The translations under genes and the position numbers were made by a program. DNA of 57,491 nt from positions 62,001 through 119,491 of the forward strand of contig KZ538125.1 of NCBI GenBank assembly GCA_000934665.2, in the 5' to 3' direction. Numbering within the stretch: position 1 is the first letter of the stretch; each line of letters opens with the position of its first letter. Source of the stretch: Catajapyx aquilonaris. Taxonomy: Eukaryota. Shown here one piece after another: positions 1 to 10,300 of this stretch. The notes under the pieces are model-generated. The model made no database searches. It had not been told where the DNA came from and saw only the letters and a list, made by a program, of their open reading frames with translations.

Positions 1-440
1 AGAATACTCTGGATTCAGTTATAGAGAGGGAAACTGTAAAGTGCAATGTCGCAGGCAGAACAAACGGCGGGCCTATTTTTAATAACAATATTTTTTCATA
101 ATGTTGACGGTTTAGACACACGATAAACGACACCAATTTTAGGTTCCAGCTTTTCATCTTTTCAAATTTTCTGTATCGAATTGCATTAATAGACATATAG
201 AGGCCGAGGGTCATGTCCTTTTACTCTGTGCATCTGCGTGACATTAAATACACGCTGACTACATCAATGCTTCCATATCGTAGCGTTTCATGTCAAAACT
301 ATCCCGACAAGAGCCGGTTGTTTCTCGTCGATTTCATTATCCAACATTGAGCACTCTGCTGTAAATATCGACTCCAATCAAGTGCTTTCGATGAAGAGAA
401 TGCGGAAGGGGAAGGCACATTATGATTATTATGAAATGCG

Positions 441-450
441 AACTTACCGA
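441..450 (-). other. 5' splice donor of the first coding exon; 1-447 is intron
   Basis: The minus strand reads TCG|GTAAGTT with GT at 447-446. The ORF-track translation beyond this point (KFAFHNNH...) loses family similarity. Confidence 0.88.
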
Positions 451-844
451 GAAAGGCCTCGACGGGGTGCAGATGGGAAGAGTGTGACTGCAGGATGACC
501 CCTCTGAGTGCTCCGTAGCTGGTCTTGACCACCCTGGTGCTGTACTTGCTAGGAGGGGTGGGTCCCCCTGCGCCACCACCACCACCTCCCCCTCCTCCTC
601 CTCCACCACCACCCAATCCTCCCCCTGCCCCTCCCCCAGGTGAACCAGCCGGGGTGGCGGAGGCGGATGCCGAAGCCGAGGCAGAGGCAGAGGCGAACGC
701 GGAAGCCGAGGCGGAGGCGGAGGCCGAGGCCGAAGCGGAGGCGGAGGCGGGGGCGGAGGCCGGGCCAGGGAGGGTGGCGATCCCGAGCCCGAGGCAGAGG
801 AGCCTTAGCAGGGGCCAGCAGTAGCAGCCACGGGGAGGCCTCAT
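448..844 (-). CDS. Nlg: First coding exon of a neuroligin-family cell-adhesion protein (cholinesterase-like ectodomain); partial CDS continuing beyond the left edge of the window
   Basis: ATG at 844 is the first in-frame start after an in-frame TAA at 916-914. The hydrophobic N-terminus (WPLLRLLCLGLGIATL) looks like a signal peptide. KYSTRVVKTSYGALRGVIL...PVEAFLG matches the N-terminal carboxylesterase-fold motif (VxTxYGxLRG...VEAFLG[VI]PYA) as seen in insect neuroligins. Similarity ends at a canonical phase-1 donor, CTCG|GTAAGT (exon ends at 448). The paralog cannot be assigned from this exon. Confidence 0.87.
563..637 (-). repeat. Coding poly-glycine tract (includes Gly14)
   Basis: GGGAGGGLGGGGGGGGGGGGGGAGG, encoded by mixed GGT/GGA/GGG/GGC codons. 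Confidence 0.9.
656..760 (-). repeat. Coding hexamer repeat encoding (Ala-Ser)n
   Basis: About 17 GCN-TCN units (residues 29-63), varying mostly at third codon positions. Confidence 0.9.
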
Positions 845-858
845 TCTCGCCTCCCCAT
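841..858 (-). promoter_or_regulatory. 5-codon upstream ORF (MGRRE*) whose stop overlaps the neuroligin start codon
   Basis: The minus strand reads AGC-ATG-GGG-AGG-CGA-GAA-TGA. TGA (843-841) overlaps the main ATG (844-842). The sequence is seen directly; its function is inferred. Confidence 0.55.
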
Positions 859-1244
859 GCTTGCTGACCCTTCTTGCGCGCCGCCGACTATTGTTACTGT
901 TATTATTCTCAGATTACTACTTGTGTTACAACGCACGCAGCCCACGGCGCTCCAGAGGCAGCAGCAGCAGCACTGGGGTGTCCTCCTTCTCACGCATCAC
1001 GGAGCACACCACCACACCACCAAGCAGAAAAGGTGCTGGTGGGAGTGCGTGGGCGGGCGGGTGGTCGACCGCACCCCAATCCTGCATTGTTCAACAAACC
1101 CTGTGTTGGTTATTCTGTTCGGCTAATATTGGCACCTAACACTCTCAATGTATAACAGTACATGCGTGGGCTTGCTTTTCTTGTAATTAGCTACGGCCAA
1201 CAGCTGCGGGCTCATGTTATGTAACTGGAGTTGTTAGCCTGGTA

Positions 1245-1275
1245 CTGTACAGTGAAACAGGGCCTCCAATATTAG
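1245..1275 (-). other. Candidate splice acceptor for the first coding exon
   Basis: GGCTAAT (branch-like) ... CCCTGTTTCACTGTACAG|TACC, with AG at 1246-1245. Weaker alternative AGs lie near 1082 and 1135. Confidence 0.35.
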
Positions 1276-1806
1276 CCTATTTAGGCGGACCCAGTCCAAC
1301 TAGATTAATGCTGCATTATTAATGGCCAATCCTAGAATTTCTTTTACGAAAAAGGCAGAATTAAATAGGTACGATATGCAACAATATTTATATTCAAGAA
1401 CCGACATTGCTGCCTTATTACCCTTTAATAAATTATGATACCAATTAACGAAATGCACTGCTTGCACTAGTTTGTGGCTGAAATTTCTAGAATTGCATAT
1501 TGTAAATTATTCAGTAAACTAATCGTAATTAAGTTTTGCAATTCTCACTAAAAGCGGCAGAGCCAGTGCAACTTCCCGACCTCATAGTCCTCACCAATTT
1601 TGGAGTAGAGTGACTTTTTTTGTGTGTGTGCATCAAGTGCCAAGTGGGCTTCACTTTGCAATGTTGTAAAGTGGCTCCCGCGTTGGAAAATGTTGTGGAG
1701 CCTCCGGGTTAGGTGACCATTAGTCGTAGTAGCCAGCATAACGCTATGAAGCCCCAGCCATAGCAGTGTAAAGGAACGCGCATGAAAGCTGAGCCTTAAA
1801 GCAAGT

Positions 1807-2070
1807 TTGAATCCAACTCAAGAGGAGGATCTGCTACAAGAGAAGGACAGTCTGGTAGCTAAATCCGAGCTAATAGCCCACGCTGGTAGCGGTGCAAGAG
1901 AACGAGGGCTTAGACTGCATTTGGGAGTCGCCTTTGTCCTGCTCACGACCACAAAATCCCTGTCGGAGGTCACAGGAAACACCCCGACTAATTCCATCAA
2001 ACTGGACTGATGAACAATTCCGTTTGAAACATCGTTTTTTGCATACACCCTGTGATTTTTCAACAGAAAA
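1807..2070 (+). mobile_element. Degenerate Penelope-like retroelement 3' remnant (GIY-YIG C-terminus plus hammerhead-like core)
   Basis: KSELIAHA (1861-1884) resembles PLE KSALAEHA. QENEGLDCIWESPL (from 1895, shifted frame) resembles NRDEGLxLSxxWxPxL. These are followed by CTGATGA (2007-2013) ... GAAAC (2026-2030), in the order expected for PLE ends. Confidence 0.45.
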
Positions 2071-3759
2071 TATAGGTCCTGGCCTTATTACTCGCCAGCT
2101 ATGCAAATCAAGTTTGACTCTGTCACAAGCTTCCGATTGGTGTATAAGCAGGACCACTCATCTCCGCCCCACCAGTTGGTCTCAATCACCCGCCATGTGC
2201 GGCGAGCCTTTCATAAGTCAGCCAAAATCGACCCGCATGAGTGCCGCTTGCAGGGTGAGGGAAATGAAAGACATTTTGCAGGGGCAAAAAATTAATTTGG
2301 AGGATCCATGATCATGCCTGACCACTCCTATTGAGCATGTCTGCTAATGGTATACTAGCGTTCAGAAAACTAGTACTGGGGGAAAAACCCCATGCAATAT
2401 TGTTGTTGACATTAATGGAATATCCATAATCGTTAATTTTAATGCTGCCACAAGTGGGCTTAATGAAAGTTGATTGTAGTGGAGATACTAAAATGATCAT
2501 TTTTATGCCTATATGACTAGTGTTATTTTTTCCCAGGGGGTTTTCGAATGAAAAAACGTATGCACACGGTCATTAGGATACAAAAAGTTCTGCTTGATTA
2601 ACTCAATATGGGCATGAATACTGTGTCAAATCGCGCTGATTGGCAGTCCCCGATTCGATGAACAAAAATCATACCTGCACAAGTACACTAGCTACATTAA
2701 CCAAGTCCCAAATGACTTGGACCAATCTCCATCAGGATGTTTGTAATCAAATAATTTAGGGTGGCGCTCATCAAAACTTCTTCCAACTCTTTAGTTGGCA
2801 TCGATCCGTTGGGTATAGGCCGGTGAAAAACGACGTCTCCCGACACAGCAATTTTCTGAGAGCCTAGGCCATTCCTTCGTCCACTTGTGCAACTAATTAA
2901 GACTCTGACAAAGCCAACCTAAGCCTAAGATATTCCAGGATTTTCTCCTCTAATGTGCATCCAAATAGGAGTTGCGTGATAGGCAATTAATTAATCCCAA
3001 TTAATCGGATTGTCCGTTGGGTTAGAAATGAAACCCCTAACCCTTCAGTGGGAAATTATTTAAGGGGCGTATTTCTGCGGTGCCTTCCCCCAAATGAGGG
3101 GCCTCGTCATGATGGTACACTCTGGGAACAAGTCGAGTCCCTGGCGAAAGTGTTTCATTTCAAATGACGGCGAGGCCAGCTTTTAATGAGAGCAGTTCTA
3201 AAGAGAACGATGGGGGCTTTGCCTGCGTCAAATAGCTGCCTGCATGCTCATCCTTCATAAAAAACCATTTTCAGACCCATTGTGGAGATTTTAGCGGTTC
3301 ATAAATACTCTTCGATGTAACAGAACGAGAGTTTTATGGAGGCCATTTGCTGAATCCCTTCCTCTGCAACCACGTACCCCGCTATCCCATGTCTCTAGTC
3401 TTTCAAACCAGGGGGCTACCCCCTAAACAACGCAAGTTATTAGTTGACCTACACGGCAAAGCCATTTTATCTCCATTGTGATTTGTGGCACAGTACCTTA
3501 ACCAAAGTCCTAAAAAGCTCCGGGACGTTAACATGGCAGCGCATTTGCATTTTTTTTCCAGCCCTGTTTTCATTAGTTCTGATGGAAAATTTTCTAAAGG
3601 CTCCACTTCCTTGATTCAAGTGCAAGCTCCCCGTTTTTTTTTTGCGCCATTGAAAAATAGTAAACACAAAGTTTCCGACTGTTTCTTTCAGTCCATTCTC
3701 TCGTTCCCTTGCATTTACATCCCAGTGGGATGGTTCAGCCAACATGCGCATCAACCTAC

Positions 3760-4360
3760 CTTCAGGATATAGTGTCCTTCCTGACTACTCGATAAGAAGT
3801 GAACCACTTGCGCAACATCACCCCCCCTCCCCGAAAAAAAGTCTTGGGCCCAATCCAACAGCACTTTTCCGTCTACCGCAATTGACGGCTGTCGAAACTA
3901 TCACTTCCGCAAACACTTGCTCTCGGGAGTGGAAGCGGGAATCCGACAAGGAAATGAAAGAGTGTGATGGAGAAAGGAATAGGAGCACGTATTCCGGTAA
4001 AATAAATAGCACCCAATTAACATGTAACGAGTATGGGTTAAAGGTAAGGTTCTTATTAAGTAGTCAGACAGCGATCGGGGGGGCGGGTTCGATTGGTTCC
4101 CAGGGGGATCCGAACACTTGTCCTGTCGCACGCACTTCTGGTCGGTCATCCGCCGCCCCCCCCAACGCATCTCCTCACGCACCACGCCCACTACATATTC
4201 GACGAAATTGGACAACCTCACTGACCATCGCCACACCCTGTACTTGCTGCCCTGGGACAGGGGGATCCATGGTCTGAGACCATCACCCGGATGCGTTTTG
4301 GGGGTCAGTTGAGACCAAATGTAGTACAAAATTGGCCGGGAAGCACCTGCTGGGCTATAC
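3760..4360 (-). other. Candidate 5' leader exon of the neuroligin transcript (601 nt)
   Basis: Acceptor ACTAAC-CTTCTGTATTTATCATTGCAG|G has a consensus branch point (4387-4382) and AG at 4362-4361. Donor GAAG|GTAGGT is at 3760/3759. It is on the same strand as, and upstream of, the coding exon. Confidence 0.55.
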
Positions 4361-7300
4361 CTGCAATGATAAATACAGAAGGTTAGTTTGATCGCTTTTA
4401 AAATACTGTGCATTTAGACCCGTTTTTTGTAGCGGTTACGGTTTCGTTTGAGGTTTACATGTCCAATGGGGTTCATCGATAAATTCTTAAAAGAAGCGGG
4501 AACTCTAGCTCTCTTTTGAACACATTTCCCTCGAAAAGGAAGCCCTTCCACATCACAAAACTTGAACTGGCAAAAATAATTTTCTAGGTCCCAACCAACA
4601 TCGATCCGGATTCAAATTTGCCCCCCTGTACGGGTGGGAATGACGGGGAAGAAGTGGGAAAATACCAGCAGGCATTAGTTCGAGACTAAATCCGATTAAG
4701 CAACGAGCAGATCAAATTACAATCTTGAACAATGTTAAGTGCATTATATCTGGAAAGCGGATGAGTTTTCAGGGCGCTTTTATATTCATCATTTCTAGGA
4801 TTCTTTTCAATCAGCGACGATAATTAATCAAGTGGCACTGCTTGCTTCGGATGAGAAATGTTCGTTTGACTCTTTGTGTTGGCAATAATTTGAAAGATAT
4901 TAATTGATAACGATGTTATTAATTCCATTTCTGCTCGAGTTCAGTGTAAACTGTGACCAGATTGTGCTTCAGGTCAAATTTTCTAGTTTATTATTTTGTG
5001 CGTTGATATCCTGCTTTCAGGACAGCTAATATATGGAGACAAATGGCGTAGAGCTAGTAACTCCAATAGTTACTACAGAAATTTCGTCCATATTTTATTG
5101 CTACGTGAAATTCGGTTCCTATTTCCTCCTTACGCTCCATGAAATCAACATTCACGCCTATTGGCTACAATGTCAGTCTAGTGATACCTCGCATCGGATG
5201 TGTCGTCCGGAATTTGGACTTGCCCCTGGACGAATATTCGCTTAGATCTTTCTGAGAGAACTTGAAAGAGCATCCGTCTCACAGATTCGGCGATGTCCCT
5301 CTTGTCATGACTAAAGCGGAAGTACGGGCGGAAGTTCAGCGAGGACCAATCAAGAAGGAATCTTCGTACTCACTTTGCTTAATGGGTTCTCGCGAATTTC
5401 TGTCCACATTGCGCCTCATGGCACCTAACTTCTCTATCCTACGCAACAGTCCTTTCCACTATGTCCACAAGCCACGGTACACGCCACTCTGGAATCAACC
5501 CTGCACCATCAGGTCACGGTCCGTTACGGTGGCATCAGCCACGCCGCCACATGAAACAACATGGCACACTTCATAGCGGTGTTTTCCCATTTCTTCGAAG
5601 CTGATATCATACAGGTATTCCAAGACATACTCTGGTAATAACTGAAACTTATTAAGTATACCCTACCAAAGCCACCAAAATTTTTACCCACTCTCTTATT
5701 CAATTCCTCCCTTCCCCTTTTGATAAAGGTGAAAAATTGCTGTTACTAAATAACGACACAAGCTAATCAGGCAAAATGGGCACAAAAATGGGTGCTAAAC
5801 GCCATAAATGGTACCCTGGAGGTGCCATCCGCGTTCCCTGACTCTTGATGATTGTTATGCTGTGACAGCCTGTACGACCTACCATCATGCAAAGTGTACT
5901 GGCATCCAACATCGGGAAAAGAACTACGGACCGGCATGTACGCAAATATCCCCCCCCCCTCCCACCCACACTCATTTGTATACCCCAGTTTTTGCAGTCC
6001 CATTTCTCTCATAAGTGATCTCTTAATGTTTCCCACACTCAAATGAGTGAAAATTAAACCCGATATTATGTACTGCATGTACGAGTATTATTACTACCCT
6101 TTGTTTTGCTCACAATAGAGGCAGAAGCTGACAATCCATAATGCAAGTAATCTGTTGGGAAATATGAAGGGACTTCTGAGTAACTTCAAAGGGAGGCTAG
6201 GTCGCACATTAATAACAGAGAATGCCCACCCTAATGAGGAGGTTAAGTGCTTAACACCCCTCTAAAACCCTCCTTTTCTCGTCACAGCAGGTATATATAG
6301 TCAAGTTTGAAATTTCAGTGAAATTCTGTCAGGATGTTTCATAACGATTCAATCTTAGGGTGGTACACTCCATAGGATTTTTATGAAAGTGTTAAGTATG
6401 CATGCATCCAGTAGATGGAGTTAGTTGTGTGCGTTGGCAGTTTTTCCAGGAGATGGCGTGGATTCAGGTGGTGTGGCAGAGGGAGGGTAGGAGTTGTATA
6501 ATCAGTCGTGAGACAGCCTAGGTGGTCTCCTTCAAATATTATTTTTAAAATATGGTGCTTGATCCCGGTGCTCCACAAAGCCTGTTTGACGAACCTAATA
6601 GGCATATTGACCCTGGCACAAGCATGTTTGGATCTGCGGGAAAGAAGGAGCAGATGCGAGCAAGTGAGTGGTAAGGCGTGAGAGTGACTATCTGGCTTCA
6701 GCTGCCTTTAGTCCCCTCGACTTGCGCTACTTCTCCGGAACGAACACAGCCCGGAGCCTGTTTACAGTACTCCTCAGCCCTGACTGGCTGGCTGCCTGCT
6801 GCTTCTAGACTCTGTACACACCAGCAGCAGCCTTACGGACTAAAGGACACGCTAGGGAGCATCCAATGGTCCTTTGGATGTCGCCTCTTAACTTCGGACG
6901 GATAATTCTCTCTAATCCAGTACCCTCCGAGCAATCTGCGGGCATGCCCCTGCCTTCTCCACCAATTTGATGGATGGAAGGGTTTGCTTCGACATTTGCT
7001 ACATCTTGCTGTAAAACTCAAGATGGGCCATAAGGAGCGGTGCTTGCAATAGGAACGTTTCATATCCATTTTCAACACATTTCCGCTCTAAATTGTTATC
7101 TTCTCGGGCTCAGATCTGGGAGAAGCAGCCTGGTACTCACTGTATAAGGATGAATTTTGAGCAGGAGCATGCTCTATAATGCTGTGGTCTAAATGTCGGA
7201 GCACGTCAGGCGAATGTAATGCTAGAATAAACCTCTTTGTAGTTATAGTTGAACCTATCAAGATTTCACTTTGCCAAGTTGTGTAACTGTAGAGCTGCAT

Positions 7301-10300
7301 AGATTAGTTAAAACACTAGCCGCAGAATCCAATGTATGACCGCTGGGGTTGCACCATTTTGTACAGTGTGTGACGCACTGTCCCAAGTTTCCACATTCAA
7401 AGGGAGAAAAATAGATTTTCAAACCTAAAATGCCACGGAACCGTAATCACAGGTGTCCGAAATCCATGTAGCTTCTATCTATAGAAAATGCCATGGGCGT
7501 TATTGTCTCCCTCAACCATCACACTCTGGCAAAGTTAAAATGAGGACAAATTGGAGTTATTCTAGAGTGCTGATGGTTGTTTATAGAAACTGTTTTCGAC
7601 ATGTTTGCATAACAAATTTCTGATGTTCAGCTTAATCAGTTATCAAAAATTTGTAATTGTTTAATGTAGGTTTATTATGAAACAGGCTTTTGATGTGGTC
7701 AAACGCCGCATTAATTTACAGCTTCACAGTCTGTCATACAATAACGAAGAGAAATGCCCGCTAATTATAACTTTGGGAAATCTCGTGCCCTGTCAAGCCT
7801 CCTGTACAAAAGTTTCTAATTATTAAGCGGAACATGGAGAAAAGGAGAAGCTATAACGAGTGCTTTGGGTCCAAAAGGCAAGCGATTTTCCACCGTTTGC
7901 TTTACATATCCGCAGCAGGATTTAGATGGATTGGCGTGGAAAGGTCCGTAGTCCTCCTTTGGGAACTTTGGGAACTATGTAAATTTCATTGGTTGGTCGC
8001 GACGTGTCTCTTCCGATCATATTATTCTGCTTGCCATTTCTTTCTGTTGGAACGAAAGCGTTCTGTTCCACCTTTTTTTCCGCCTTTGGCCATGTCCACC
8101 AGCGGATATGGGATGAAATTTTCCAATTCAAAACTGGCGTGCAGGTGACGACAAAGACTGCCATTCCGACTCCCCCTATACATAAATCTGAGCGATCAAA
8201 AGCTGATTCAGCATAGGATAAATGCCGGACCCCCATTGTTGATCCCACTTTGTGCCCGAATCCATTTCCTGGAAAAGCGGTTTAAATGCAGGAAATCCCG
8301 AGTTCCTCCGGCTACTGTTTCAATCAACGAAGGATTGTAAACGCCTTTATTTGAGGCGTCCCCTGCAAATAGGGGGAGGTAAAGGTAGAGGAATAACTCG
8401 TCTAGGCATGATAATAATAGTTCCCAGCAGCTGCCAGGTCACCAATCCTCCTCCGCCTAGCAACTTTGCGAACAATAATGCCTGCAAGATTGCATGTTTC
8501 GCGGAGGAAATGAGCGCCGGATTGTTCGGGTAATGCGGTGGAAATGGCTGCGAGGAATAACATCGCGGCAGATGTAGTTCACAATTTACATAGTCGATTA
8601 GAGAAAGGACACTGCAACCTGACACGGATTCTTATTACGTGCTTATGGCGTCTACCGTATTTCTGGAAGCGGTTATTAAAAATAAATGTGCGTTCGAGGT
8701 ATTTAATTAGAGGTCGGCCGTAAAATATGAGGGCAGCATTTTGCCACTAGCTGTACCGCAGGCCCATATTTCTGCGGGAAGTGTGGGAACGCTTTTAAGA
8801 ATGACTGGCAAAATGCACATCTAACCGCTAATAGCATTATGAATAGTTGGTAGCCTACCAAAGACTATAGTTGCATTATCTCCTAGCACTGGACCGGTCA
8901 GGGTCCGGTTCTAGGATTTATCAAATGCTTGAAGCGACGCAGTGTCCGCGACTGCCAATGACCCGGAAAATTGCACGGAGTTTATCACCAGCCCAGATTC
9001 CTCCGTTATCTGCTAGGAGATGGAAGAGGACGTCACTAGGCTACCATTGGGCTATTTAAAATTCCCGAGAGATCCTCGTTCGAGGGGTGGACGATACCGA
9101 AATGATAAGGAAAAGAGACTTCGAGAGAGGAAAAAAGAAAGAGTGATGAGACACGCGATGGGAAGCCCAATCTACAATTCTGCTTCCCACAACTTCTGGC
9201 TTCAACAATTGATTTATTGGTTATCTCCCCCCAAAAAAAGATATAGGAAACCCCTAATAGTGCGTGTTGTGACCTTTCGACCTGTTTGTTTTTTATGGGC
9301 AGAATTGCCTGTAATTTGCGACGGTGGTTGCTGATGGCCTAAAAGAGAAGTAAGAGCGAGCCAGAGCGAGAGCTGTCGTGGGAATGTATAGGAGGCCATT
9401 GTGCCAGTCTGCTGGATCGATACGAGGCGTTCTTGCAGAGAGGGCTGGGATCTAGGCAAGATTGGAACCGGTGCCAAGTTAGTCTGGGGTGGTTGGGAGG
9501 TAAAAGTAGGGGAGGAGGGAGAGTCGTTTTGCCAGTGCGGCTCTCAGCTGGCACACTTTGGCTAAGACGAAGGCAGAGAGGGAGAGGGGGGGGGGGACCT
9601 TCCCTTAGCTTGGCTTCCCTCCTTCCCCCGGCTGTTATTTGGCACAAAGCGACGTCATCTCTCGCGAAAATCCCATAACGCCTCACTTTGTGACTCTCTG
9701 GAGCCTCCCCTTCTGGAGCCTTTGCAGAACCAGCCATTTCCCAACTGCCACGGACATTTGCACGTTGCCANCCCCCCCTCTCTCTCTATTTTTTTTTATA
9801 ACAGGCTGCTATGGAAACCCCATACCGGTTAATATGCTGGTAGATCCATAAAACCGGGCTGGCAACTCGTGTCCACTTTTGTCACATGTTATTAAAAACG
9901 GTGTTAAACCCGATCTGGGTCCGTCTTATTCACTCTCGGTCGTGTCAAAAGTCGCAGCATGTGTTGGAACATGTAATGTGTGTCAAATTGATTTTAAAAA
10001 TCGAATATAATTTTTGTAAATAATTTAAATCAGACTGCTCAGTTTACCTGTGATGAAAATCCGATACTAGACATATTACATTGGAGGCAAAGCCAAACCG
10101 CTTCAATCACGCGGCGTGCAAAAATCGATTGGCGGGTGTTCAATTGCCGTTTTTTTACTATGGCAGGTTTTAGGATCAAAAAATCTTGTTTGTCGCAAGC
10201 TGCGAATATGATATGGTGCTGGAAAAAAACATGGTTGTAAAACAAGCTGAGGGTGCGAGTGCTTGTAACAAGACACCATTTCCGAATGACATGGGGCACA

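Noticed and set aside
299..447. C-terminal part of the 181-aa ORF
   Set aside because: It is read-through into the intron after the GTAAGT donor.
525..824. Plus-strand ORF with poly-Pro and (AE)n
   Set aside because: It is the antisense shadow of the neuroligin Gly and Ala-Ser repeats, with no independent evidence.
6381..6680. Strong minus-strand acceptor (CTCCTTCTTTCCCGCAG at 6635-6634) as a further leader exon
   Set aside because: No convincing donor follows (only TAG|GTTCGT), so it cannot be supported without transcripts. If used, it would alter the spliced uORF model.
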